Below, in pieces: positions 47,567 to 57,440 of a stretch of DNA of 64,000 nucleotides. Made by a program: the position numbers and the translations under genes. Source of the stretch: a bacterium (lineage in GTDB: Bacteria > Patescibacteriota > Minisyncoccia > UBA6257 > JAGOQP01); the NCBI GenBank assembly GCA_021812345.1, contig JAKANP010000003.1, positions 82-64,081 of the forward strand, read 5' to 3'. Under the pieces are notes generated by a model, which worked only from the letters and a program-made list of their open reading frames with translations, ran no database searches and was not told the origin of the DNA. Position 1 is the first letter of the stretch. Every line of letters begins with the position of its first letter.

Positions 47567-50500
47567 ATGTTCAAAAAAATATTTTTATCTGTTTTTGTCA
47601 TTTTGGTCGGGTTCGCTTCGGTTTCTTTGGTTAGGGCCCAAAGTGTAAGTGATTTACAGGCTCAACTTCAGGCGCTTTTACAGCAAGTTGCCAATCTTCA
47701 AGCTCAGATTAAAGCTCAAAACGGAGGGACTTCAAATAGATGGTGCTATACTTTCAATAATAATCTTTCTGTCGGCAGTACCGGAAATGATGTTGCCGCC
47801 CTTCAAACCGCTTTAGCTAAAGAAGGATTTACTATGAACTCAACCGAAACAAATAGCGATACCTTTAGCGAATCAACCGCTTCCGCTGTTTCGGGTTTTC
47901 AGGAAAAATATTCAAGTGATGTGTTAAAACCTTTTGGCCTCAATTATGGTACCGGTTTTGCCGGAAAAGGAACCAGGGCTAAACTCAATGCGTTGTACGG
48001 ATGTAATGCTACAAATCCTCCGGTAGTCGTGCCTCCTAGCCCGACATCAACTCCTCCGGTGATTGGCGGTATTACTGTAACGTCTCCGGCTTCCGGCTCC
48101 ACCTGGTATGTTGGTAGTACATATAATATCCAATGGAATAGTGGAATGAGCAGTGACGTTAAGGTTAATATCTCTTTATATGTTCCTCAACAGCTTTGTC
48201 TTGGAGGAACAGTCGTAAATTGTCAGGCTACAGCTCCTTACTCAATAGCTACAAACGTGGATAATGATGGCTCATATGAGTGGAGTATTCCAACTGCATT
48301 GCCTAAACAATATTCGGGTGGCTATATATTGGTTCAAACAGTTAACGGTTCAACTAGCGGTCAAAGCGCAAGTTTTTCCATCTCATTTAATACCGTTATC
48401 GCTCCAATAAGCGTTACTTCTCCTGCGGCGGGCGATACCTGGAAAACTGGCAGTACCTACAATATCAATTGGTCTTCACGGCAGGGAGCTTTGTCTTCGG
48501 CCTATAAAGTAAAAATATCCATGATTCCGGTTTCGCCGACGCCAGTTTGTCCGCTCGGTTCAATGTGCCCGCAATATCTGATAAAGCCCTATGTAATTAC
48601 GGACTCTACCGATAATGACGGCCAATTTTCATGGACTGTGCCGAGTGATTTTTCCGGATATTATGTTGGACAGGAACAGATAATAGTTGAACAAATCACA
48701 ACTAGCGGTTCTTATGTGGCCAATTCTGTATTTGGAAAGAGCGGAGTATTTACAATTACTTCTGGTTCTTCAAGTCAATACCCGGTAATTTCCGGAGTTT
48801 CCGGACCGACTACTCTTAACGTCGGCCAGCAGGGAACTTGGACGGTAAAAGCATCCGACCCTAATAACGGAACATTGAGTTACTCTGTTGTTTGGGGAGA
48901 CGAAACTGTTTGTTCGGGAAATGTTTGTGCTACAAGCATTAACGGATCTCCTACCCCTCCCGTTCAACAGTCAACATTTACTCATGTCTATAACACTGCC
49001 GGAACATTTACTCCTAAATTTACGGTAACTAATAGTGCCGGACTTAATACCCAGACGAGTTTGAGCGTGAGTGTCGGTAAGACGACAACAACATGCGCGC
49101 TTACCGCTAAAGTTGTTGGGACTAATCTGGCTGAAAATAATACGGCATGGGGATTTGATGTAGCGGTTAGTGCCGTAAATCCCCCCACTTCATCTAATGG
49201 TTGGACTACAAATTTCCAAGGATACACTCCCGAAGTGACCGCTTACGGGACAACAAAACATTACGGGGACTTCTTCATTTCTTCCGGACCGTTGTCATTT
49301 ACCGCTCAAGATCAGATCAATAGTAGTTGCGCAACTTCCATAACAGTTTCTCCTCCGGCTACTAATATTTCGAAAACAATAACAGTGACATCACCGGTTG
49401 CGGGTCAAACTTATGCTGCTGGAAGCGCGCTTAATATAGTATGGACGAGCACTGGCGGAGTAGGGCCGGTTGATATTATTGCTTGGCCGTCGGTATCCTG
49501 TGTTTCAAGTGAAGTGCCATGTATGCTGTCTGCGCCAATAACTATTGCCAGCAAAATTTACAATTCCGGTTCTTACTCTTGGACCATACCCCAATCTTGG
49601 TCGGGGGTGTATTCGATTAGTGTTTATGAAGATGGGTCTACCAATACAAGTGGTTCAAGCGGTAAATTCAATATTATTTCCAGTACTTCCGGACAGGTGT
49701 CAATCAATACTGCCAGCAACATAATGTATGGCGGATCGTTTACAAATTATCTTGTGGGGGCTTACACCATCAGTTCTTCGGCATCAAATCCTCTGGCCAA
49801 CCTGAATTCGATTGATGTGGGTCTTGATATAAACAATGCAAACTCGTCGGCAAGTTCCAACCCGACTATTTCGGTTTATGACATTACAACCGGGTCAATT
49901 GTTGGAAGTAATGTGGCCGATGGCATAAATGGAACGAAAGTTTCAATCCCTCTGCAAAACGAAGCTGTTTCCCCAGGAACATATAAGACCTTATACATAT
50001 ATGTGAACGTGAGTAGTTTAAGAACTCCCGTTGATGCAACTCAAAATGTCACGGCTCAGATATCTGCCTCAAATTTAAAATACACATCCGGCGGTGTTAC
50101 TGGATCGACGGGGAGTAACACTGTTTTGGGTTCGGCTAATCCTGTAGTTATAACTCAGATAACGGCAACGTCGACTCCTTTCAGCATCACATTTCCCACA
50201 GCCGGAACGACCGTGGTTCAGGGACAAACGTATAATATAACCTGGTCAGGCGCCGATACCGGAGTGACCGGCTACAACATTTATCTTGGGGGCGGAGCTC
50301 TGGCAAATACGGTTCCTTCTACCGTTAAACTTCTTGGTACTACATCCGCGTCATCTATGGCAGCTAAATCATTTTCCTGGACAGTGGGAAGTGACGTCGG
50401 AACCGGATCAAATTATTACATCCAGTTCGGCGCCCTTGGAGGGCCCGGGGGTGGAGGTGGAATTAGCCCCGCATTCAACATTACCGCCATATCCAATCCG

Positions 50501-50614
50501 TTTCCTGTCAGCACAACTACTACTTCTCAGTTATCCAACAACTCTAATATGGCTAACATATTGTATGCGGCGTCCCAAACGCTTCAGAACATACTGAATT
50601 TATTGTCTCATTAA
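47567..50614 (+). CDS. Large secreted surface protein (PG-binding domain, Ser/Thr-rich Ig-like repeats, PKD-like domain)
   Basis: Signal peptide, DVAALQTAL..EG...TR.KLN, four ITVTSP..G......YNI.W repeats, WGD...HVY..AG.FT. Confidence 0.85.
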   Translation: MFKKIFLSVFVILVGFASVSLVRAQSVSDLQAQLQALLQQVANLQAQIKAQNGGTSNRWCYTFNNNLSVGSTGNDVAALQTALAKEGFTMNSTETNSDTFSESTASAVSGFQEKYSSDVLKPFGLNYGTGFAGKGTRAKLNALYGCNATNPPVVVPPSPTSTPPVIGGITVTSPASGSTWYVGSTYNIQWNSGMSSDVKVNISLYVPQQLCLGGTVVNCQATAPYSIATNVDNDGSYEWSIPTALPKQYSGGYILVQTVNGSTSGQSASFSISFNTVIAPISVTSPAAGDTWKTGSTYNINWSSRQGALSSAYKVKISMIPVSPTPVCPLGSMCPQYLIKPYVITDSTDNDGQFSWTVPSDFSGYYVGQEQIIVEQITTSGSYVANSVFGKSGVFTITSGSSSQYPVISGVSGPTTLNVGQQGTWTVKASDPNNGTLSYSVVWGDETVCSGNVCATSINGSPTPPVQQSTFTHVYNTAGTFTPKFTVTNSAGLNTQTSLSVSVGKTTTTCALTAKVVGTNLAENNTAWGFDVAVSAVNPPTSSNGWTTNFQGYTPEVTAYGTTKHYGDFFISSGPLSFTAQDQINSSCATSITVSPPATNISKTITVTSPVAGQTYAAGSALNIVWTSTGGVGPVDIIAWPSVSCVSSEVPCMLSAPITIASKIYNSGSYSWTIPQSWSGVYSISVYEDGSTNTSGSSGKFNIISSTSGQVSINTASNIMYGGSFTNYLVGAYTISSSASNPLANLNSIDVGLDINNANSSASSNPTISVYDITTGSIVGSNVADGINGTKVSIPLQNEAVSPGTYKTLYIYVNVSSLRTPVDATQNVTAQISASNLKYTSGGVTGSTGSNTVLGSANPVVITQITATSTPFSITFPTAGTTVVQGQTYNITWSGADTGVTGYNIYLGGGALANTVPSTVKLLGTTSASSMAAKSFSWTVGSDVGTGSNYYIQFGALGGPGGGGGISPAFNITAISNPFPVSTTTTSQLSNNSNMANILYAASQTLQNILNLLSH

Positions 50615-50776
50615 TTATTAAATAATAATGATAAAAACATAGGTGTGATGCCTCTGTTTTTATTTGGCTACATATTGGTTAAAAAATGAGATATACTTAG
50701 ATAAACAGGTCTTAGATTTTCATCTTTTCTATTAGCTGATTATTAATTACTATTTACTAATCATTATTTACTAAAC

Positions 50777-51244
50777 ATGCTTATTTACATCGGCGCCGAC
50801 CACAGAGGTTTTGCCATTAAAGAATCAATAAAAAAATATCTTACCGATTCCGGATATGAAGTCGTTGATTTTGGAAATGACAAGCTTGACGCAAATGATG
50901 ATTACAATGATTTTGCCGCGAATGTAGCTAAAGAAATAAGCAAAGATCCTTCTTTAGGGAGGGGGATTTTGGTTTGCGGTTCCGGAGTTGGAATGGATAT
51001 TGTTGCCAATAAATTCAGGAATGTAAGATGCTCGCTTTGTTTTTCGGCAGACCACGCCATGTCGGTAAGAACGGATGATGACCCAAATGTTTTGGCTTTA
51101 GCCGCCGATTTCTTGGATGAAAATAGCGCTAAAAAAATTGTTTCCGTATGGCTTCAAACTCAATTTGATAAAAAAGAAAATCATGTTCGCAGAATAAAAA
51201 AAATAGAAGAGCTGGAAACGAGAATTACCAAATATTTTGATTAA
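50777..51244 (+). CDS. rpiB: Ribose-5-phosphate isomerase B
   Basis: GADHRG, CGSGVG, ANK, H.RRI. Confidence 0.93.
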   Translation: MLIYIGADHRGFAIKESIKKYLTDSGYEVVDFGNDKLDANDDYNDFAANVAKEISKDPSLGRGILVCGSGVGMDIVANKFRNVRCSLCFSADHAMSVRTDDDPNVLALAADFLDENSAKKIVSVWLQTQFDKKENHVRRIKKIEELETRITKYFD

Positions 51245-51878
51245 AATGAAAGTTGCTGTTGGGATTAACGCTAAAAATAAAAATGATTTTTTAAATCAAC
51301 TTGAAAAAGCCAAAATTTTTTTACCTCAAAATGCGGCACTTCATATTGATATTTCACAAAAAAGATTTTCCTCAATAAATTCTTTTTTTGATTTTAAAAT
51401 TTTAAAAAAATATTCCCGTTATTTTAAACTTGAGGGGCATTTAATGGTTCCAAAAAATAAAATCTTAGATAAAAAATGGTTTTCATCGCCTTTAGATGTT
51501 TTATTTATTCATTCGTCAGTTTGTCCCGACTGGGAAAAAATTTTGAAATCGGCAAAACAACACAAAAAAGAAATAGGCGTTGTTTTTGATTTTGACCAGA
51601 AGGAAGGCGATATAATTGTCCCAAAAGGGATTAAAAAAATATTGTTGCTTTCTGTAATTCCCGGAAAATCCGGACAAAAATTCAATTCGTCGGCATTTCA
51701 CGCGATCGATTTTTTGAGAAAAAAATATCCTCATGCTATAATATCGGTTGACGGAGGAATTAATTTAAAAATAGCAAAGAAATTAAAAAATAAAAAAATA
51801 AACAATGTTGTCTCCACTTCTTATATTTGGGAGAACAAAAATCCGACTAAGGCGTATAAAAAATTAATTTCCGTATAG
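51237..51878 (+). CDS. rpe: Ribulose-phosphate 3-epimerase (divergent)
   Basis: HID, HLMV, V.PGKSGQKF, VDGGI; start could be ATG 51246. Confidence 0.8.
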   Translation: MIKMKVAVGINAKNKNDFLNQLEKAKIFLPQNAALHIDISQKRFSSINSFFDFKILKKYSRYFKLEGHLMVPKNKILDKKWFSSPLDVLFIHSSVCPDWEKILKSAKQHKKEIGVVFDFDQKEGDIIVPKGIKKILLLSVIPGKSGQKFNSSAFHAIDFLRKKYPHAIISVDGGINLKIAKKLKNKKINNVVSTSYIWENKNPTKAYKKLISV

Positions 51879-51891
51879 AAAAAATCTTTGT

Positions 51892-52746
51892 ATGGACTAT
51901 ATTTCTCACAACAGAATAAAATCGTTATACGGCGTTGCCAATCGCTTGAGAGAAGACGTGATTGAGATGCTGGTTGAAGCAGGTTCCGGACATTCTGCCG
52001 GTCCGTTAGATATGGCTGATATTTTTGCGGCGATGTATTTTGGTATTTTGAATCACAAACCGAAAAATCCCAATTGGGAACAGCGTGACAGATTGATTCT
52101 GTCCAACGGCCATATTTGCCCGATTCAATATGCCGCTTTGGCAAGAGCTGGATATTTTCCATTAAAAGAATTAAAAACTTTAAGAAAAATAAACTCCCGT
52201 CTTCAGGGGCATCCTCACAGAGGAAGCCTTCCCGGAATTGAAACCACCTCAGGACCTCTTGGGTCGGGGCTGGCTCAAGGAATTGGGATGGCTTTGGCGG
52301 CAAAACTTAACGGAGAAAAGCATCGAATTTATGTGATGGGTTCGGATGGAGAAATGGAGGAAGGAAATTATTGGGAAGCGGTGATGTTTGCCGGAAAAAA
52401 TCGTTTAAGCAATTTAACTTTGGTTGTTGATAGAAACAATATTCAAATAGACGGCTATACGGAAGATATTATGCCTCTTGAATCAATCAGAGATAAATTT
52501 GAAGCCTTCAGATGGAATGTAATTGATGTCAACGGTCATGACATAGAAGAATTCATTGCCGCAGTTTACGAAGCCAAGTCGATTTATGAAAAGCCGACGG
52601 CAGTTATTGCTCACACCATCGCCGGCAAAGGAGTTGGTTTTATGGAAGGGAATTACTCTTGGCACGGAATTCCTCCAAACAAAGAGCAGGCCAAAGAAGC
52701 GTTAAAACAATTAAGAACATTGGGAGGTAAAATAAAGCACGAATAA
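51892..52746 (+). CDS. Transketolase N-terminal subunit
   Basis: SGH, DRLILSNGH, LQGHP, GPLGSG, SDGE.EEG..WEA. Confidence 0.95.
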   Translation: MDYISHNRIKSLYGVANRLREDVIEMLVEAGSGHSAGPLDMADIFAAMYFGILNHKPKNPNWEQRDRLILSNGHICPIQYAALARAGYFPLKELKTLRKINSRLQGHPHRGSLPGIETTSGPLGSGLAQGIGMALAAKLNGEKHRIYVMGSDGEMEEGNYWEAVMFAGKNRLSNLTLVVDRNNIQIDGYTEDIMPLESIRDKFEAFRWNVIDVNGHDIEEFIAAVYEAKSIYEKPTAVIAHTIAGKGVGFMEGNYSWHGIPPNKEQAKEALKQLRTLGGKIKHE

Positions 52747-52783
52747 GACAATGTAAAAATAAACATATTTAAATATCAAAATT

Positions 52784-53128
52784 ATGTCCGCAATAGAATG
52801 GGTTAAAAAAATTTATATTTATTTATTTTCGGCAATTGGACTGATTATCGCCGTAACCGGTTTGATTCAGCTGATTAATCTGGGATTAAAATCGTGGATA
52901 TTTACCAAAGCCGACAATTATTACAGCTATCCTCAACCGATTTCAACACCAACCGCAGACAGCAAGAGTCAATCAATTATTCAACCTGACCAAAAAGCTG
53001 TTGACGAATATCAACAAAACAATCTAGTCAGTCAGAGACAAAGCTCCGCTTCCAATGCTATTGCGATGATAATAGTCGGAGCGCCGTTGTTTTTATACCA
53101 CTGGAGATTGGCGCGTAAACAGTCGTAA
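52784..53128 (+). CDS. Two-TM hypothetical protein (DUF5671-like)
   Basis: YIYLFS.IGL...GAPLFLYHW. Confidence 0.65.
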   Translation: MSAIEWVKKIYIYLFSAIGLIIAVTGLIQLINLGLKSWIFTKADNYYSYPQPISTPTADSKSQSIIQPDQKAVDEYQQNNLVSQRQSSASNAIAMIIVGAPLFLYHWRLARKQS

Positions 53129-53159
53129 GTCGTTAGTTGTAGTTTGTAAATTAATTTTT

Positions 53160-54152
53160 ATGTTAAATTCAGACGCAAAATTAAATCACAATATTTTTTC
53201 AAGACACATAGATGAAGCACCGACCCGTGACGGATTTGGCAAAGGACTGCTTGAGGCGGGAAGTGAAAAAAATGTTATTGCTTTATCGGCTGATTTGGAG
53301 GAATCCACCCGTTGTCATTGGTTTGCTAAAGTTTATCCGGAAAGATTTATTGAGTGTGGCGTGGCCGAGCAGGGGATGGTAACCATCGCCGCAGGATTGG
53401 CAATTTCCGGAAAAATTCCTTTTGTAAATTCTTATGCCAATTTTTGTCCGGGAAGAACCTGGGAACAGGTTAGAACTACCGCTTGTTATAATAATGCCAA
53501 TGTTAAAATTGCCGGCCATCATGCCGGAATTTCGGTCGGTCCCGATGGAGCTACTCATCAGGCAACCGAAGATATCGCCATAATGCGTGCTTTGCCGAAT
53601 ATGAAAGTAATTGTTCCTTGCGATGCTATTGAAGCTCAAAAGGCGGTTGTCTCTTCAACTCAAATTTACGGTCCCATGTATTTGCGTTTTCAAAGAGAAA
53701 AAACTCCGATAATGACAACCAAGGAAACGCCGTTTGTTTTTGGTAAGGCATATCCTATGTGGATTTCTTCCGGTAAAAATATAGATGTTTTAATAATTTC
53801 AGCCGGACCGATTATTTATAATGCGTTGTTGGCGGCAAAAGAACTGGAAAGAGAAAAAATAAAAACTGTTGTATTAAACAGCCACACCATAAAACCGCTG
53901 GACGAAAAAGAAATTTTAAAGTGGGCGAAAAAAACCGGTGCTGTTGTGACTGTGGAGGAGCATAATATTATTGGCGGATTAGGAGGTGTCGTTTCGGAAT
54001 TGCTTTCTGAAAAAATGCCAACGCCTTTGGAACGAGTCGGCATCAAAGATGTTTTTGGAGAATCGGGTCAGCCCGAAGAGCTTATAAAAAAATACCATTT
54101 GGATGTTAAAGATGTTATTAGCGCGGTAAAGAAGGTTATCAAAAGAAAATAA
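53160..54152 (+). CDS. Transketolase C-terminal subunit
   Basis: GVAEQ, GPDGATHQ, IKPLD, VEEH, GGLG. Confidence 0.95.
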   Translation: MLNSDAKLNHNIFSRHIDEAPTRDGFGKGLLEAGSEKNVIALSADLEESTRCHWFAKVYPERFIECGVAEQGMVTIAAGLAISGKIPFVNSYANFCPGRTWEQVRTTACYNNANVKIAGHHAGISVGPDGATHQATEDIAIMRALPNMKVIVPCDAIEAQKAVVSSTQIYGPMYLRFQREKTPIMTTKETPFVFGKAYPMWISSGKNIDVLIISAGPIIYNALLAAKELEREKIKTVVLNSHTIKPLDEKEILKWAKKTGAVVTVEEHNIIGGLGGVVSELLSEKMPTPLERVGIKDVFGESGQPEELIKKYHLDVKDVISAVKKVIKRK

Positions 54153-54189
54153 TCAATTCATTTTTATTCTATAAAAATATAACTATAAA

Positions 54190-54234
54190 TTTATTTATCC
54201 TTATTTAATACGATCGTAGAATTTAAGGTGAAAT
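54190..54234. repeat. 45-bp direct repeat, copy 1 (palindromic core TACGATCGTA)
   Basis: TTTATTTATCCTTATTTAATACGATCGTAGAATTTAAGGTGAAAT. Confidence 0.92.
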
Positions 54235-54292
54235 AGATATTTATGTTAATTGTCATTATTTATTAATTTAATTTTTAATTTTAATATTTTTA

Positions 54293-54868
54293 ATGCCAAA
54301 ATTGAGTCCGAGAGTTAAAATAAAAACAGATACAAGAGAGTACAAATTACTCTCTTTTCTCAATGAAGTTGAGAGTGTGATTTTAGATGCGTTTTTCCCC
54401 AAAAAATATCCAGAAGCTGCGTTGTGGAGAGATTTTTTTGGTATAGATTATAAGAATGATATGGATAATAATAAAATAAATTATTTTATATCAAAAACTT
54501 TGGTTCGTTTAAAAAATAAGGGGTTAATTTCAAAAAACGGCTCTACTAAAAAATCAATTTGGAAGATAAATAATGAAGGGAAGAAGATCTTATATTCATT
54601 AAATCGTTTATCTTTACCAAAAAAAGATGGTAAAACTCGCCTAGTTATTTTTGATATTCCGGAAATAAAAAAATATTGCAGGCAATGGATCAGAGATGAA
54701 TTGATCAGACATAATTTTAAAATGCTTCAAAAGAGTGTCTGGATAGGGCAAAGACCATTATCTGAAGAAGTTTTAAGGCACGATAATATGAAAAAAATTA
54801 TTGACAATGTTCACATCCTTGAAATAAAAGATTTAGGCACTTTAGAAAATATTGATTTTGAAGATTAA
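54293..54868 (+). CDS. PaaX-like regulator (winged helix plus Cas2-like ferredoxin domain)
   Basis: LVRLKNKGLI....WKINNEG, then DGKTRLVIFDIPE...R..L....F.MLQKSVWI. Confidence 0.82.
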   Translation: MPKLSPRVKIKTDTREYKLLSFLNEVESVILDAFFPKKYPEAALWRDFFGIDYKNDMDNNKINYFISKTLVRLKNKGLISKNGSTKKSIWKINNEGKKILYSLNRLSLPKKDGKTRLVIFDIPEIKKYCRQWIRDELIRHNFKMLQKSVWIGQRPLSEEVLRHDNMKKIIDNVHILEIKDLGTLENIDFED

Positions 54869-54916
54869 AAAAATGTTTTTGTGATAAAATTTAAGTAGTT
54901 CATTTATGTATATATT

Positions 54917-54961
54917 TTTATTTATCCTTATTTAATACGATCGTAGGATTTAAGGTGAAAT
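54917..54961. repeat. 45-bp direct repeat, copy 2
   Basis: TTTATTTATCCTTATTTAATACGATCGTAGGATTTAAGGTGAAAT; 44/45 identical to copy 1. Confidence 0.92.
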
Positions 54962-55114
54962 GAAATATGAATATAAAATTGAGTTGTTATCTTTTTGATT
55001 TTGTTTTAATGGAATTATTGTTGTGACGTTGGTGTAATAATATTGATGGTGTTTTTTTATAACTAAAAATATTGTATACTATATGTGATACACAAATTAT
55101 TAAATATTCTGATT

Positions 55115-56149
55115 ATGTTGGATGTTATAACTATTGGGACGGTTACCGTTGATACCTTTATTAAGGCGGATTTTTTGAAAACCGTTACCGATAAAAAACA
55201 TTTGGAAAAAATCGGATTTCCTACGGGTCAAGCTCAGTGTTTTTCTTTTGGTTCTAAAATTGAAATCAAAGAACCGATTATTGAAATGGGCGGAGGGGCT
55301 CATAATTCGGCCGTCACTTTTTCGCGGGCAAATTTAAAAACAGCTTCGTTATTTAATGTCGGTTCGGACAAAAATGGAGATTTGATAGTTGAAGAATTTA
55401 TTAAAAAAGGAATTGATCCTTTAACTATTGTCGATAATGGAGAAAAAACCGGCGTCTCTTATATTTTATTGGATAAAAGCGGAGAGAGGACGATTTTGGT
55501 TTTTCGCGGATCATCCGGAGACATTGAAATCAAAGAAATTCCATTTAACAAATTGAATGCCAAATGGGCTTACATTGCCCCCGGAAGCATTCCTGATTCC
55601 GTATTGCTTAAAATTTTCAATTATTTAAAAAAAAATAAAATAAAAATTGCCGTCAATCCGTCAAAGGACATGATTGCGGGGGGAATTAAAAAATGCCGTC
55701 CATTTTTAGATAAAGCGTCGGTAGTTATTATGAATAGAGAAGAGGCATCTTATCTCACAAAAACCTCTTTTGAAAATAAGGAAAGGCTTTTTAAAAAATT
55801 AGACGAATATGTCCCCGGGATTGTTGTAATGACCGACGGCAAAAATGGAGCAATTGTATCTGATGGTAGATTTGTTTATACTTGCGGAATTTTTAAAGAA
55901 AAAAAAGTTATTGACAGAACCGGAGCAGGGGACGCTTTTGGCAGTTCTTTTGTCGCCGGACTCATAGAAACAGACGAGCAGTGTATAAGAGGTATTTGTA
56001 ATCCCAAAAAAATAGAATTTGCTTTAAGAAGGGGAGCGGCAAACGCTACAGCGGTAATAGAAAAAATAGGAGCCACTCCGGGAATTATAACCACTGAAGA
56101 ATTTATGTCTCAAAAAAGATGGAAAAATTTTATCGTTAAAAAAAATTAA
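55115..56149 (+). CDS. PfkB family carbohydrate kinase
   Basis: GGGAHN, N.EE, DRTGAGDAF; ATG at 55115. Confidence 0.9.
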   Translation: MLDVITIGTVTVDTFIKADFLKTVTDKKHLEKIGFPTGQAQCFSFGSKIEIKEPIIEMGGGAHNSAVTFSRANLKTASLFNVGSDKNGDLIVEEFIKKGIDPLTIVDNGEKTGVSYILLDKSGERTILVFRGSSGDIEIKEIPFNKLNAKWAYIAPGSIPDSVLLKIFNYLKKNKIKIAVNPSKDMIAGGIKKCRPFLDKASVVIMNREEASYLTKTSFENKERLFKKLDEYVPGIVVMTDGKNGAIVSDGRFVYTCGIFKEKKVIDRTGAGDAFGSSFVAGLIETDEQCIRGICNPKKIEFALRRGAANATAVIEKIGATPGIITTEEFMSQKRWKNFIVKKN

Positions 56150-56163
56150 AAAATTATTAAAAT

Positions 56164-57432
56164 ATGATAGCACAAGAAAAGATAGCGCAAATATTGAGAG
56201 CGGATAAAGATGTTGTTTTGGAAACGGAAAAACGCCTTGAAAAAATAACAGGCAAGACGGGAGTTTTTGAATCAATCGTGAGACAAAATGACGAAGCGAT
56301 GGATCAACGATTGGCGATTCTTAATTTGAGCAGAAAATCTTCGGCTAAATCGATTTTTAACGGATTGATAAATAAAATAGAATTGGATAATAAAAAACTT
56401 ATGGAGATAATGAATGAGCCAAATTTTACCTGCAAACAAGGTTGTGAAATTGTGGCAAATTTTGTGTCGTCCGTTGCCGGAAACAGAAACGGATTTTTTT
56501 TAAAGAAAGAAAAATTTATTGAACTGATTAAAGAAATTCCCCCTCAAAAAATTCTTCAAATGCTCGGATATTCTTCCGTTGAAGAATTGATTCAAAAAGA
56601 AGACTGGAAAGAAGTGGCGGCGGCTTTGAGATTTATTCAGGGAGGCGAGTGGATTAACGAAGTATTTTTACCAAAATACAATAAATTGACGGCTGATGAT
56701 TTTGAAAAAAGAGATTTTGAAATTATAGCGCTTGGTCCAAAATGGGAAAAACTTGGAAGAAAATTTGTGGAGAAAAAGTATCACAATATCAGTCATTTAA
56801 AAGAACTTGGAATAATTTTTATAATTCCCGTTTCTTTAAATTTGCCGGGAGAATTAGTGAGAACGGTAGGACTTTTGTTCCACTACATAAACGAGATAAA
56901 ATTTTATTCGGAAATTTTTATAAAAATATCGGAAAATAAAAACGATTTTATAAAAAACATTCAGTCATTATTAAGAGGCGATGTTCCCGATGATAAAAAA
57001 ATTTTATTGTCCGATAATTGGCTTATTGTTCAAAGATATCTTGCCAAAGACGATGAAAATGATTGGCGACTATTTGCGCCTCATTTAAATCCGGAAGCGG
57101 CTCATTGGGAAAAAGCGGAAAAAATGTTCGTTGATTTGGGAACAAAGTATGATTCGTTGGAAAAAGATTTTTCTTTTTGGAAAAACTTGAATTGGGTTGG
57201 AGATTATTTTCCGACCGATACCGGAGTTGATGTTTTGGTGAGTTTTAATCTTATCGACACTTCGATGGCATTGGTTAAAGAAAAAGAAATGATAAAATAT
57301 CTTTATCACCACCAGGAGGCGCTTTGGAATAAAATATTTTATTCTTATTTTGGAGAAGAAAAAACGGAAAATATCGTTAAGAATAATGTTTTAAAGGGTT
57401 ATGTTGAAATTTCTGAAAATTTAATTAAATAA
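56164..57432 (+). CDS. Hypothetical protein in the sugar-phosphate cluster
   Basis: 422-aa ORF tightly packed between pfkB-like and fba; no recognised motif. Confidence 0.75.
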   Translation: MIAQEKIAQILRADKDVVLETEKRLEKITGKTGVFESIVRQNDEAMDQRLAILNLSRKSSAKSIFNGLINKIELDNKKLMEIMNEPNFTCKQGCEIVANFVSSVAGNRNGFFLKKEKFIELIKEIPPQKILQMLGYSSVEELIQKEDWKEVAAALRFIQGGEWINEVFLPKYNKLTADDFEKRDFEIIALGPKWEKLGRKFVEKKYHNISHLKELGIIFIIPVSLNLPGELVRTVGLLFHYINEIKFYSEIFIKISENKNDFIKNIQSLLRGDVPDDKKILLSDNWLIVQRYLAKDDENDWRLFAPHLNPEAAHWEKAEKMFVDLGTKYDSLEKDFSFWKNLNWVGDYFPTDTGVDVLVSFNLIDTSMALVKEKEMIKYLYHHQEALWNKIFYSYFGEEKTENIVKNNVLKGYVEISENLIK

Positions 57433-57440
57433 TTTTTAAT

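Noticed and set aside
54293-54868. Bona fide cas2 of a CRISPR-Cas locus
   Set aside because: It has an N-terminal wHTH (PaaX architecture), no cas1 nearby, and only two repeats separated by a whole gene.
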